This document shows, piece by piece, positions 36,996 to 47,772 of a DNA stretch of 64,000 nucleotides. Each line of letters opens with the position of its first letter. Positions within the stretch are counted from its first letter, which is position 1. Source of the DNA: Bacillales bacterium UBA6879 (GTDB lineage Bacteria; Bacillota_I; Bacilli_A; RFN20; CAG-288). A model generated the notes under the pieces. The model saw only the letters and a program-made list of their open reading frames with translations, was not told where the DNA came from and searched no databases. Both the position numbers and the translations under genes were made by a program. The stretch covers positions 2,395 to 66,394 of the forward strand of contig DKCH01000021.1 of the NCBI GenBank assembly GCA_002449135.1, read 5' to 3'.

Positions 36996-39182
36996 ATGAA
37001 AAAATTAATGAATAAATTAAAAATTACAAGTATATTAATGCTTGTTTTAGGCTTAGGTGGTGCTGCTGCATTATTACTCACTTATTTTTTTGTAAATTTT
37101 GATAGTAGTCTTACTCAATTATTTGTAATTATTGGTGCTTCTTTATCTGCTTTTGTAGGTATAATTTACTTTTTTATTTTCCTTATTCAAGCTAGTAAAA
37201 TAGAAAAAGAAAGACACTTAACAAATTTAAATGCCGCAGATATTGTTGGTTCAGATGTTGGAGCCGCTTATGATTTTGGTCAAATAGGTCTTGTAGTTGT
37301 GGATTCAAATGGAATTATTTTATGGGTAAACAATTTCCTTGCTGACCGTGGAATTAACTTAGTTGATTCTCCTATTGGTGATTTTTCACCTAAATTATTA
37401 GCTGCCTTTGAAAAAGCTCATAGTAATCAAATTTTTAATGTTAAAAATAGTTCTACTAAAATTAATGAATTAATCGAAGATGATGATATTGCTAAAGATC
37501 CATATACTTTTATTAAGGATGGTAAATATTATAATTTTAAGTTTATTTCTGATGCTAATTTATTTGTTTTAAAAGATACTACAACCTATGACACTGAATT
37601 AAAAACAACCAAAGAAAATAGACCAGTGTTTGGTTATATTAATTTAGATAATTATGATGATATTCCTTCTAAAGATGAAATTGCTAAAGCTCAATTAGAA
37701 ACAAGCATTAAATCAAAAATCAATGAATTTTCAAAAAAATATAACACTTTTGTTAAACTAATTAGACCTGATTTTTACTTCATAATTCTCGCTTATAAAG
37801 ATTTTGTAAAAATGAGAAATGATGATTTTTATATTATTAATCAAATTGCAGATTCTTATCATTCTATTGGCTTAACTTGTTCCTTAGGTTTTGGCTATGG
37901 ATTCTTAGATTTTTTAAGAGTTGCTCAACAAGCTAGCGATGCTTTAGATATGGCTTTAACTAGAGGTGGTAACCAATGTGTTGTTTTCCCATTTGGCGAA
38001 CAAATGCAATTCTTTGCTGGTGCTAATACTGAATCTAAAGGTGAAACTAGTAAAGTTAAAATTCTTTCTTATGTTAAAGCCTTACAAACTAATATTGCAC
38101 AGGCTTCAAACATTTTAATTGTTCCCCATCGTTATGCAGATTTAGATGCAATTGGTGCCTGTTTAGGTGTTTATTATATTGCTAAATCTTGTTATTTAAA
38201 ATTTGAAGGTGGAAAAAATCCTGATGGAACTGAAAAGACTGAACCTAATCACAAAATAAATATATGCTATGATAAAGGCTTAGTAGAATCTAATACTGAT
38301 ATGGCAGTAAGAACTACATTATCTACTGATTTTATTTCTAAAGTATTTGTAAATAATGATGAAGCCTTAAAACTTAAAAAACCTGGTGAAACATTAATTA
38401 TTATGGTTGATCATAATTCAGTTAATCAATCCATATATGCAGATTTAATAAATGAAAATCACGATAAAATAGTCGTTATTGATCACCACAGGAAACAAGA
38501 TAATTCAGTTAAAAAACCTGCTTTCGATCATGTTGATTCCGCTGCTAGTTCCACTTGTGAAATGTTAGCTTTATATATTGACTCTTTCGATTTTAATATT
38601 TATTTAACAAAAGAAGCTGCTACATTCATGCTAGCTGGTATTTATCTTGATACTTATAGTTTCAAGCAAAAAACAAGGGTCTTTACATATGAAGCAGCAA
38701 TTATTTTAGTAAGATTAGGAGCTGATGAAGATAAAGCTAGAAATTTCTTAAAAGAAAATTATGAGCATTTCTTATTAAAAGCTAAGATAATGTCAAATGT
38801 TAAAACATATTCATATGGTGTTTTAATTGCCTGTGCTGAAGATGATGAGTTTGTTGATCAAGCTTTACTTGCTTCTATTTGTCAATCATTAAAAGACATT
38901 GAATCAACAAAGGTTGCTTTTGCAATAGGTAGAACAAAAGAAACGGTTGTTGGAATCTCAGCTAGATCAAACGGCTTAATAAACTGTGAAACATTAATGC
39001 GAAAACTAAATGGTGGAGGTCACTTTGCCATGGCTGCTACTCAATTACAAAACTGCTTACATGTTAAAGAAGCTTATGATAAATTAACACATATTTTAGA
39101 TGAGTATTTAGATCAAGCTACTGCAAAAACTAGCGTGTTAGAAAATAATAATGAACAAAAGGAGGAAAAAGAAAATTTATGA
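36996..39182 (+). CDS. gdpP: GdpP-type c-di-AMP phosphodiesterase (TM, PAS-like, degenerate GGDEF, DHH and DHHA1 domains)
   Basis: RBS AAAGAGGTGA. Two N-terminal TM helices. DHH-family motif region (...IVVIDHH...) and DHHA1 GGGH (NGGGHFAMAA). The position upstream of rplI-dnaB equals yybT of Bacillus. Confidence 0.8.
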   Translation: MKKLMNKLKITSILMLVLGLGGAAALLLTYFFVNFDSSLTQLFVIIGASLSAFVGIIYFFIFLIQASKIEKERHLTNLNAADIVGSDVGAAYDFGQIGLVVVDSNGIILWVNNFLADRGINLVDSPIGDFSPKLLAAFEKAHSNQIFNVKNSSTKINELIEDDDIAKDPYTFIKDGKYYNFKFISDANLFVLKDTTTYDTELKTTKENRPVFGYINLDNYDDIPSKDEIAKAQLETSIKSKINEFSKKYNTFVKLIRPDFYFIILAYKDFVKMRNDDFYIINQIADSYHSIGLTCSLGFGYGFLDFLRVAQQASDALDMALTRGGNQCVVFPFGEQMQFFAGANTESKGETSKVKILSYVKALQTNIAQASNILIVPHRYADLDAIGACLGVYYIAKSCYLKFEGGKNPDGTEKTEPNHKINICYDKGLVESNTDMAVRTTLSTDFISKVFVNNDEALKLKKPGETLIIMVDHNSVNQSIYADLINENHDKIVVIDHHRKQDNSVKKPAFDHVDSAASSTCEMLALYIDSFDFNIYLTKEAATFMLAGIYLDTYSFKQKTRVFTYEAAIILVRLGADEDKARNFLKENYEHFLLKAKIMSNVKTYSYGVLIACAEDDEFVDQALLASICQSLKDIESTKVAFAIGRTKETVVGISARSNGLINCETLMRKLNGGGHFAMAATQLQNCLHVKEAYDKLTHILDEYLDQATAKTSVLENNNEQKEEKENL

Positions 39183-39634
39183 AAGTCTTATTAATTAAAG
39201 ATTTAAAAAATGTCGGTAAAAAAGGAGAAATTAAAGAAATTAGTGATGGTTATGGTGCTAACTTTGTAATTCCACAAGGATATGGCAAATTACTTACTGA
39301 TTCTGTAGTTGGTGAATATAATGCCTCTTTAAAAAAACAAGCTGAAATAGAAGCCTTAAATAAACAAAAATCAATTGAATTAGCCAAAAAACTATCTTCT
39401 ATTGTTGTTGAATTTAAAGCGAAAGTTGGTAAACAAGGTCAAATGATTGGTAATGTATCTACTAAAGCCGTAGTTGAAAAGCTTAAAAAAGACTACGATA
39501 TTTCTCTAGATAAAAGAAAATTTATTGATAAATATCCTTTAAATGCTTTTGGTGTTACAAAATTAAGAATTGAACTTTTTAAAGATGTTATTGGTACTGT
39601 TACTATTAAAGTAGTTGAAGAAAAAGGAGAATAA
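39179..39634 (+). CDS. rplI: 50S ribosomal protein L9
   Basis: MKVLLIKDLKNVGKKGEIKEISDGYGANF is the canonical L9 N-terminus. Confidence 0.9.
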   Translation: MKVLLIKDLKNVGKKGEIKEISDGYGANFVIPQGYGKLLTDSVVGEYNASLKKQAEIEALNKQKSIELAKKLSSIVVEFKAKVGKQGQMIGNVSTKAVVEKLKKDYDISLDKRKFIDKYPLNAFGVTKLRIELFKDVIGTVTIKVVEEKGE

Positions 39635-39635
39635 G

Positions 39636-41102
39636 ATGGATGTTGGGCTTTTAGAATCTGAAAAAGCACTTCTTTCTGGTTGCATACAAAGCAAAGATAT
39701 TTTTTACAAAGTAAATAACCGCTTGCAACCTAGTGACTTTTCTAGTCCTTATAATCAATTGATCTATCAAGAACTTATTAATCTTCGTAACGATACTGGA
39801 TTTGCTGATTTAGCCACTCTTATAGACTATTTAAATAGAAAAAAAGAATTAGGAAAAGTTGGTGGCGCTAACTATTTAACAGAACTTATTACTAATTATA
39901 CTTTAGTACTTGATGAAGTTGATTATTATTTAAATACTGTAATTGACGCTTCATTATTAAGAACATTTTTTAATGAATTAGATAATATTAAAAAAGATTA
40001 TGAACTACAACCAATAGAAGACATTCCTGATTTTATTGGTTCAGCCGAAAAAAGAATATTAAATATTACTTCCAAAAGAAGAGTTGCTGACTTTAGAAAT
40101 ACAAACGATATATTCCAATCGTTACGCAAAAAACTTTCTGATGATTTGAAATTCAAAAAAGAAAATAACATTAAAGAAATCTATCTTTCTGGCTATTCTT
40201 CTGGCTATGAAGATATTGATCATCTTACAAGGGGATTTATTCCTGGAACTTTAATAATACTTGCTGCTCGTCCTGGTGTTGGAAAAACCGCTTTAGCTTT
40301 AAACTTTGCTCACCGTATGGCCAAAGCCAATAGAACTGTTGGTATTTTCTCTTTAGAAATGTCTGCGGAAGATATTTTAAAACGTATTTTGTGTATGGAA
40401 TCAAAAATGCCGGAATATAAAATCGATATGTTGCTTTCTAATGATGATCCATATTCTAATAATAATAGTCAAGAACAGGAAGCTTTAAATGATGCTATTA
40501 GTGTTGTTTCTCATGAAAAATTATTTATTGACGATAATTCTAATGTTAAAGTTAAAGAATTAATAAGTCAAACTCGTAAATTAAAAATGAGACATCCTGA
40601 TTTATCTTTAGTAGTAATTGATTATTTAGGTTTGATAAAAGGTGATAAAAATTACAATTCCACTTCAAATAACTTATTAGTCTCAGATATTACTAGAGAC
40701 TTAAAGATCATGTCTAAAGATTTAAATGTTCCAGTCTTATTGCTTTGCCAGCTTTCACGTGGTGTTGAATTTAGAGATGGTCATCGTCCTCAACTAGCTG
40801 ACTTACGTGATTCCGGTTCTATTGAGCAAGACGCTGATCAAGTATTCTTTATTTATCGTGAAGATTACTATGCTAAAAACGATCAAAGCAAAAATAAAGA
40901 TGATAAAAAACCTCAATTTAAGGAAAATAACACTCAACAAGATTTAACAATAAATAAAGATGTAGCCCCTACTACTTTAATTTTGGCAAAAAATAGAAGA
41001 GGGAAAACAGATGATATCAATATGACTTTTTATAAAAAATATTATCGTTTTGAATCAGTTGTTGCTGACCCTAATTCTCTTCCTCCTGAACCTACAAACT
41101 AA
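39636..41102 (+). CDS. dnaB: Replicative DNA helicase
   Basis: ATG 6 nt after RBS AAAGGAGA. Walker A ARPGVGKT, Walker B VVIDYLGL. The DnaB N-terminal domain is present. Confidence 0.9.
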   Translation: MDVGLLESEKALLSGCIQSKDIFYKVNNRLQPSDFSSPYNQLIYQELINLRNDTGFADLATLIDYLNRKKELGKVGGANYLTELITNYTLVLDEVDYYLNTVIDASLLRTFFNELDNIKKDYELQPIEDIPDFIGSAEKRILNITSKRRVADFRNTNDIFQSLRKKLSDDLKFKKENNIKEIYLSGYSSGYEDIDHLTRGFIPGTLIILAARPGVGKTALALNFAHRMAKANRTVGIFSLEMSAEDILKRILCMESKMPEYKIDMLLSNDDPYSNNNSQEQEALNDAISVVSHEKLFIDDNSNVKVKELISQTRKLKMRHPDLSLVVIDYLGLIKGDKNYNSTSNNLLVSDITRDLKIMSKDLNVPVLLLCQLSRGVEFRDGHRPQLADLRDSGSIEQDADQVFFIYREDYYAKNDQSKNKDDKKPQFKENNTQQDLTINKDVAPTTLILAKNRRGKTDDINMTFYKKYYRFESVVADPNSLPPEPTN

Positions 41103-41899
41103 TGAAATATACTGTAATTTCTTCTTCCTCAAAAGGAAACTGTACTTTAATATCTAGTAAGCAAACTAATATTTTAATTGATTTTGGTTGTTCAAGAAAA
41201 AAAGTAATACGTGGTTTAAAATATGCAAATATTTTACCAAGCGACTTTAATGAAAATTCAAGAACACTTGATCCTTTTAAAGATATTTCTGCTCTTTTAA
41301 TTACTCACTCTCATATAGATCATATTGCTAATATCAAGTATATTAACCAAGATAAATATGTTTGTTCACCTTTAGTTTTAGATACTGCTTTAAAATCTAA
41401 TCAGTATCTAGAATTTTATATTCCTTATAAAATTTTTGATTTAACTATTATTCCATTACCTTTAAGTCATGATAAACCTAATACTACTGGCTTTTTAATT
41501 AAAGACGATCATTCTTCTTTAGTTTATATTACTGATACTGGTTATATTAAAGATAAAGTTTTAGACCTAATAAAAGATGCAAACTATTATATCTTTGAAT
41601 CTAATCACGATACTAAAATGCTTTATACTTCTAATAGAGATGCTTTATTAATATCAAGAATCCATTCAGATAAAGGACATTTAGATAATATTGCAAGTGC
41701 TACTTATTTAGCTGATTTAATTGGACCACACACTAAAGAAATAACATTAGCTCACCTTTCAGAAGAGTGCAATTCTCCAGAAGTTGCTTTAGAAACATTA
41801 CATAAGGTTTTTCTTGATAAACTTGGTGAAATTCCATCAAACATTAAAATAAGAACGGCTGATACACCTGAAGAATTTACACAAGGTGGAGATTTATGA
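41102..41899 (+). CDS. MBL-fold metallo-hydrolase (YycJ/WalJ-like)
   Basis: HSHIDH metal-binding motif. Position before rlmH matches Bacillus yycJ. Confidence 0.7.
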   Translation: MKYTVISSSSKGNCTLISSKQTNILIDFGCSRKKVIRGLKYANILPSDFNENSRTLDPFKDISALLITHSHIDHIANIKYINQDKYVCSPLVLDTALKSNQYLEFYIPYKIFDLTIIPLPLSHDKPNTTGFLIKDDHSSLVYITDTGYIKDKVLDLIKDANYYIFESNHDTKMLYTSNRDALLISRIHSDKGHLDNIASATYLADLIGPHTKEITLAHLSEECNSPEVALETLHKVFLDKLGEIPSNIKIRTADTPEEFTQGGDL

Positions 41900-42366
41900 A
41901 AATCACTTTTATATTAGTCGGTAAGGTAAAAGAAGACTTTTTAAAAAAAGCCTATTTAGAATATCAAAAAAGACTTTCAAAGTACGCCATAATAAACATA
42001 GAATATGTTGAAGAAGAAAAAATAAATAATCCTAGTTTAATAAACAAAGGATTAGAAGAAGAAGGAAAAAGAATCCTTAGTATTATCAAAGATAATAGTT
42101 TTGTCTATCTAATTGATTTACATGGAAAAGAATTAGACTCCATAGAATTTGCAAAAAACTTAGAAAAAAACATCTCAATTTCAAACAATCAACTTTATTT
42201 TGTAGTTGGCTCATCATATGGTTTAGGTGAAAATATTAGAAAAAGAGCTAACTTTGCTATTTCACTAGGAAAACTTACCACTACTCATCCTTTAGCCTTG
42301 TTACTTACTTTAGAACAAGTTTATAGAGCTTTTAAAATCAATAACAAAGAAATTTATCATAAATAA
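41896..42366 (+). CDS. rlmH: 23S rRNA (pseudouridine1915-N3)-methyltransferase RlmH
   Basis: 156 aa SPOUT protein, MKITFILVGK...GSSYGL. Confidence 0.85.
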   Translation: MKITFILVGKVKEDFLKKAYLEYQKRLSKYAIINIEYVEEEKINNPSLINKGLEEEGKRILSIIKDNSFVYLIDLHGKELDSIEFAKNLEKNISISNNQLYFVVGSSYGLGENIRKRANFAISLGKLTTTHPLALLLTLEQVYRAFKINNKEIYHK

Positions 42367-42404
42367 AAATGTGCTTAGTAAAACACATTATAAATCTAAT
42401 TAAA

Positions 42405-42479
42405 TGGCTGGAGTAGCTGGATTCGAACCAGCGCATGACAGATTCAGAGTCTGTTGTCTTACCGCTTGACGATACTCCA
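42405..42479 (-). tRNA. tRNA-Gln (anticodon CUG)
   Basis: Reverse complement folds as a cloverleaf: acceptor TGGAGTA/TACTCCA, T-arm GCTGG-TTCGAAT-CCAGC, anticodon arm ACAGA-CUCUGAA-UCUGU, encoded 3' GCCA. Confidence 0.7.
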
Positions 42480-42522
42480 AGCTTTTTAATTATATCATAC
42501 TAAATTATTTGAATTTAAACTT

Positions 42523-43341
42523 TCAATGGCCTTTTTTGGAAAGAGAAGCCCTAATAGCTGTTTGATCAATAATTAGTTTAACAATATTTTCTAAAGTTGA
42601 ATTTGCCGAGTAATCTGCTTTACAAATATAATTTACACGATCATCATTTAAAAGAGAAATAACTTTATCTTTACAACCACTTGGATAAACTGCAATTGAG
42701 GTTCCTCCATTTTTCTTGCCTAATATCATAGCTGGAATATCTGTCATTCCATCCCCTAAATAAACCATATTTGAGTAAGGAATTCTTCTTTTCTTAGTTT
42801 TTGCATTAATATCAAAATCATTGGTTTCATCAATAACACCTTTAGATATTCTAAAGAAATATTGAGTTTTTTGAGTATAATTAATGGCAAACGCGGGCCA
42901 ACAAGCTTCTTTAGTTTTATTATCAAAAACAAAAGAGCAACCATAAATCTTTTTAAATTTATTAGCAATAGAACTTCCTTCTATAATTTCTTTAGTTCCA
43001 GACGAAATAATATAATGCTCAACCTTAATGCCTTTAGAATTACCATAGTTGTTAATCCTATCAAACCAAGTTGTAACCCCATTATAATATTTAATATCTT
43101 TACCACAATTATTTAAAAATTCTCTTGTTAGTGGTATATTTTTTTCTTTGCATTTAGCAATCATCATATACATATATGAAAGAATTCTTTCTACAGTATA
43201 TTTTTTAGAGAATTTTTCTGTTTCACCCCAAAATTCTTCACTAGTAAGTCCTAAAGAAGGAATAAAGGAATAATTTTGCATATCGGTAGTACAAAGTGTT
43301 TTATCAAAATCATACATTAAGGCAAGGATACTTTTAGACAT
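42523..43341 (-). CDS. HAD-like hydrolase
   Basis: MYDFDKTL (motif I) and YLGDGMTDIP (motif IV). 272 aa. Confidence 0.55.
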   Translation of the reverse strand: MSKSILALMYDFDKTLCTTDMQNYSFIPSLGLTSEEFWGETEKFSKKYTVERILSYMYMMIAKCKEKNIPLTREFLNNCGKDIKYYNGVTTWFDRINNYGNSKGIKVEHYIISSGTKEIIEGSSIANKFKKIYGCSFVFDNKTKEACWPAFAINYTQKTQYFFRISKGVIDETNDFDINAKTKKRRIPYSNMVYLGDGMTDIPAMILGKKNGGTSIAVYPSGCKDKVISLLNDDRVNYICKADYSANSTLENIVKLIIDQTAIRASLSKKGH

Positions 43342-43389
43342 AATCTACCTCCTAAGTATATTCTACTAAAAAATCAATAAATGTCGATA

Positions 43390-44061
43390 CTAAAGGGCTA
43401 TTTTAGAATAGTAATCTAATGGATTATCATGTGAAATAACTAAGATATCTATTTTTTTTGCTTGTCCTTTTAATAAAATTTTATATGCATTTTTTAAAGA
43501 AGAACCTGTTGTGATAACATCATCAACTAATAAGATTCTTTGATTTTTAATTAAATGTAAATCTTTAAATTTAAAAGCTATTTTATATCTTGTTTCACGA
43601 TTTGATTTCTTTTGTTCCTGTTCATTTTCTTTTTCTAAAACATCTAAGATTTCTAGATTTAAAGGTTTAAAAATTTCCAATAAATGATTAAACCCTCTAT
43701 CTTGTATTTTTTTTAAATTTGAAGGAACTAAAACTATCTTATATTTATGAAATCTAATTTTCAAAAATGGTAAATAATATAATAAAAACAAATCCTTTAA
43801 TTCATAATCATAATTTTCTTTATATTGAATAATTAGCGCTCTAATTTCTTCATTATAAGGTGCTAAGGAATATAAATTTGTGCCTAAAAACTTAATTTTT
43901 TCCATTTTAAATTTTAATTTTTTAAAACATTTAGGACAAAGTAAATGTGTTTTATTAAAAAATGAATTAAAGGTATTCGGATAAAAATTATTAAAGCACA
44001 ATTTACAAACCGGCTTTGAGGTTAGATCTTCTAATTTCATTAATAGCTTCATAAATTGCAT
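43390..44061 (-). CDS. comFC: Competence protein ComFC (phosphoribosyltransferase-like)
   Basis: Zn-finger CKLCF...CPKCF and PRTase motif LLVDDVITTGSS. The true start may be M8 (44040). Overlaps comFA. Confidence 0.7.
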   Translation of the reverse strand: MQFMKLLMKLEDLTSKPVCKLCFNNFYPNTFNSFFNKTHLLCPKCFKKLKFKMEKIKFLGTNLYSLAPYNEEIRALIIQYKENYDYELKDLFLLYYLPFLKIRFHKYKIVLVPSNLKKIQDRGFNHLLEIFKPLNLEILDVLEKENEQEQKKSNRETRYKIAFKFKDLHLIKNQRILLVDDVITTGSSLKNAYKILLKGQAKKIDILVISHDNPLDYYSKIAL

Positions 44062-45148
44062 TTGTTTGATATTCTCCTAAAAAATAGCAGTGACCAGTAG
44101 GTGCATCTTTTTTTCTACCAACTCTTCCAGCAATTTGTATAAGACCTTCCTTAGTATATAAATCATGATTAGCCATATACACAATAACTTGTAAATTCTT
44201 AACAGTTACACCTCTTTCCAAAATTGCTGTAGTAATTAAATAGGAATATTTATTATTTTTAAAATCTTCAATAATTTTATTTCTTTCATTTTTTAAAGAA
44301 TGCACAAATTCACCATTTTTATAAATTCTTTTAACTATAGGAAATATCGTTTCTCCAATTAAAATTGTAGGAACAAAAATAAAAAGTTGTTTATTATCAC
44401 TTATTAATTTTTTCATTAAAAAAAGCAAACTAACTAATAAAGAAACTTTCTTTTTATAAAAAAATGGAACAGGTAATTTATGATGATGATAACGCTCGAA
44501 AATTTCATAAACCTTACCATTTTTTTGAAAATAATTGATTTCCTCTTTACTAGGAGTTGCACTTAAATATATCAAGCTTCCTTTTGAACTATTTTGTAAA
44601 AAATATTCTAGCATTGAATTATTTTTAAAAGGAAATGCATCAATTTCATCAATAATTAATAAGTCAAAATATTTATTAAATCGATAAAGTTGATGCGTAG
44701 TTAAAATAGTAATATCTCCTTTTAAATCAGAGGTATGATTTTGATATAAACTTATAGTTTTAGCTTTAGGAAAAGCATTTTTTATTCTTGGATATAAATC
44801 TATAACAACATCTTTTCTTGGGATAGCAAAACCAACAGAGCATCCTCTTTGCAAAAAATTCGCAATAGAATAATAAACTAACTCAGTCTTACCAGCTCCG
44901 GTAACTGCATAAACTAATACTTTTTCTTTTTTTAATGCTGAAGATAAAATTTTCCTAGCGATTTCATCTTGTACTTTAGAAAGTCTATAGTCAATTTCTA
45001 ACTTAATTTCGTCCTTGGTTGAAATAGTAAAATTAGAAACTTTTTCTCCATTAAAACTTATACATTTTCTACAATAATATTTATTATCTTTCTTTCCAAA
45101 GTATTTTAATTCAGTATTTCCACATTTTTCACATTTAATATTCATCAC
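44003..45148 (-). CDS. comFA: Competence DNA helicase/translocase ComFA
   Basis: N-terminal Zn-finger CEKCGN...CRKC, Walker A TGAGKTE, DEID box, helicase C-terminal motifs. Confidence 0.75.
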   Translation of the reverse strand: MMNIKCEKCGNTELKYFGKKDNKYYCRKCISFNGEKVSNFTISTKDEIKLEIDYRLSKVQDEIARKILSSALKKEKVLVYAVTGAGKTELVYYSIANFLQRGCSVGFAIPRKDVVIDLYPRIKNAFPKAKTISLYQNHTSDLKGDITILTTHQLYRFNKYFDLLIIDEIDAFPFKNNSMLEYFLQNSSKGSLIYLSATPSKEEINYFQKNGKVYEIFERYHHHKLPVPFFYKKKVSLLVSLLFLMKKLISDNKQLFIFVPTILIGETIFPIVKRIYKNGEFVHSLKNERNKIIEDFKNNKYSYLITTAILERGVTVKNLQVIVYMANHDLYTKEGLIQIAGRVGRKKDAPTGHCYFLGEYQTNAIYEAINEIRRSNLKAGL

Positions 45149-45279
45149 TATAAATTGGTTATTTTTTTAACTCTTTTATAATTTATTTAAATAAAAGCGT
45201 TTACTTATATTAAAATCTTGCATTCGATTTTTTTAAAATGCTAATATATAAATGATTTTTTTAGGAGAATAGTATTAAC

Positions 45280-46419
45280 GTGGACCCTGACACATCACAT
45301 TCGATAATTTTTACTGAAACTACCAATACTGTAAATTACAATACAGTATGGGGCATGCCTAGTTATGTATGTTGGATACTTATTGCAGTCTTATTACTTA
45401 TTTCTGGAATGTATTCAGCATGTGAAAATGCATATTCTAATTGTAATAAATACCATTTTAAAGCAATGGCAAGTAAAGGAAATGTTACTGCTAAAGTTAT
45501 TACGCATTTAGTAGATTTTTTTGATAATACTTTAGTTACTGTTTTAATTGGAAATAATATTGTTCAAACTTTAATGTCTACTTTATCGGCTATTTTATTT
45601 TATAATTTATGCCAAATCTATAATTTAGGGGATGGCGTTGAAGCAATACTTTCAACAGTTGTCATGGCTTTTTTAGTCTATGTAATTTCTGATACTTGCC
45701 CTAAAATTTTATCTAAAGAAATTCCAAATAGAATGGCTTATATTTTAGCTTACCCAGTTTTAATTACAAATATCTTACTTTATCCTGTTATCTTTATTTT
45801 TAAAGTTGTTTTAATATTAGTACATAAAATTTTCAAAATTAAAGATGAAAGCCTTTTAACAAAAGATGATTTACTTCATTCTGTAAATTTAGCAGTAAAT
45901 CCTGAAGAAGAAAATTTAACTGATGGAGTACAAAAACAAGAAAAACTTTTTGAAAAAGATGAAAAAACCATAGTAAATAATGTTTTTACCTATGATAGAT
46001 TAAAAGTAAAAGATGTTTATACTCCATTTGAAAAAGTATTTAGTATAAATATTGATGATTTAGCTATCAACAAATTAAATTCAATCATTGTAAAAACTGA
46101 TTTTTCACGTTTTCCAATTTATGAAGATGAAAAGAATAATATTATAGGGATTTTAGTTTTAAAAACATATTTCCAAGAATTTTCAAAAGATAATCATTTA
46201 GATGTTAGAAGTATTTTAGAACAACCAATTTTTATTGACTTAGAAGATCCTATTGATGAAGTCTTTGATGAATTAAATGCCAATAAAGTACATTTAGGAA
46301 TAGTAGCAGATAAAAATAATAAAATGATTGGAATCATAACAATGGAAGACATATTAGAAGAACTTGTTGATGATATAGATGAAAAACCTGCTCATAAGTT
46401 AAAGTGGAGGTTAAAATAA
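45280..46419 (+). CDS. DUF21-CBS pair membrane protein (HlyC/CorC family lacking the C-terminal CorC domain)
   Basis: Hydrophobic N-terminal DUF21 region then tandem CBS domains. The GTG start with RBS AGGAGA is uncertain; an alternative ATG lies at 45349. Confidence 0.6.
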   Translation: MDPDTSHSIIFTETTNTVNYNTVWGMPSYVCWILIAVLLLISGMYSACENAYSNCNKYHFKAMASKGNVTAKVITHLVDFFDNTLVTVLIGNNIVQTLMSTLSAILFYNLCQIYNLGDGVEAILSTVVMAFLVYVISDTCPKILSKEIPNRMAYILAYPVLITNILLYPVIFIFKVVLILVHKIFKIKDESLLTKDDLLHSVNLAVNPEEENLTDGVQKQEKLFEKDEKTIVNNVFTYDRLKVKDVYTPFEKVFSINIDDLAINKLNSIIVKTDFSRFPIYEDEKNNIIGILVLKTYFQEFSKDNHLDVRSILEQPIFIDLEDPIDEVFDELNANKVHLGIVADKNNKMIGIITMEDILEELVDDIDEKPAHKLKWRLK

Positions 46420-47771
46420 TGCAAGCACTTATAATTGTTTATTCAATAGCTTTAGTTATTTGCTTAGTATTATCTTTCTTTTTTTCATCATCTGATATGG
46501 TTTATGGCTCAGTTGATCTATTAAGATTTGATAAAGAAAAAATCAAAAAGAAAGGTAGTTACGCAACTGCATTTAAACTAGCAAATAAATACGATAATAC
46601 TATTTCAACAATTCTATTATGTAATGATACAGTTAATGCTGGTATTGATTCTTTAGCAACCTTAATTGGTATGAATCTAGCTTATATTGTTTTAAAAAAT
46701 AATCCAAATGTTGCTAATATTGCTGAAACTTGGGGTTTAATTGCTTCAATGATAGTCTTAATTTTTAAAATTATGTTTGGTGAAATTATTGCAAAATCTA
46801 TTGGTAAAATATATAACTTTAAACTAGCAAAAATTTATGCTAATATTATTAACTTTTTTTACTATTTATTTTATCCTATTACCTTTTTAGTTTCTGGTTT
46901 TGGTAAAGCCGTTACTTATCCAATTACTCACAATATTCAAGATATTGAAATCCAAGAAGATGATTTACACGAAATGGTAAATGATATTAAAAAATCTGGT
47001 CAAGTTGATGAAGATTCGGCCGAAATTTTACATGATGCTATTAAATACACCACAACAGAAGCTTATGAAATTATGACTCCAAGAGTCGATATGTATGCCA
47101 TTGATATTGATGACCCTATAGAAGATATTATAAATGATCCAAAATTATATGAATACACTAGAGTTCCTGTTTATAAAGATACCATTGATAATATTATTGG
47201 TTATGTTAAAACAAAAACACTTATGTTTTCAAAGCTTTCTAAAGAAAAAATTAATTTAAATGATATCCTATTTACTCCTTTACGTTTTCCACGTTCAACC
47301 GAAATAAATGATATTTTAATGGCCTTTAAAAAAGAAAAAGAACATTTTGCCTTAATTATGGATGAATACGGTGGCGTTGAAGGCTTATTAACTATGGAAG
47401 ACATTTTAGAAGAAATTGTCGGTGATATTTGGGATGAAAAAGACGATCCTAAAGAAGAATATGTAAAAAGAAGCGATGGTTCATATATTATTGATGGAAT
47501 GATGAACATTGAGGACTTCTTTGATTTATTCGACTTAAATTATGAAGATATTGATACAGAATATGTAACCATAGGTGGTTTTTGCATTGAATTATTAGAT
47601 GATCATTTTGCAAAAGTAGGCCAAGTTATTAAATACCAAGATCTCTACATGAAAGTTTTAGCTTTAGATAAGAACAAATCCATATCTAAATTATTAGTTA
47701 TTAATAACCGTAAAAAAGAAGAAACCATTATTGATAAAATTGCTAAAAACTTAGATAAAAAAGACGAATAA
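46404..47771 (+). CDS. HlyC/CorC family transporter (DUF21, CBS pair, CorC_HlyC)
   Basis: Membrane N-terminus, CBS pair, C-terminal transporter-associated domain (...YVTIGGFCIELLD...). Confidence 0.7.
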   Translation: MEVKIMQALIIVYSIALVICLVLSFFFSSSDMVYGSVDLLRFDKEKIKKKGSYATAFKLANKYDNTISTILLCNDTVNAGIDSLATLIGMNLAYIVLKNNPNVANIAETWGLIASMIVLIFKIMFGEIIAKSIGKIYNFKLAKIYANIINFFYYLFYPITFLVSGFGKAVTYPITHNIQDIEIQEDDLHEMVNDIKKSGQVDEDSAEILHDAIKYTTTEAYEIMTPRVDMYAIDIDDPIEDIINDPKLYEYTRVPVYKDTIDNIIGYVKTKTLMFSKLSKEKINLNDILFTPLRFPRSTEINDILMAFKKEKEHFALIMDEYGGVEGLLTMEDILEEIVGDIWDEKDDPKEEYVKRSDGSYIIDGMMNIEDFFDLFDLNYEDIDTEYVTIGGFCIELLDDHFAKVGQVIKYQDLYMKVLALDKNKSISKLLVINNRKKEETIIDKIAKNLDKKDE

Positions 47772-47772
47772 T

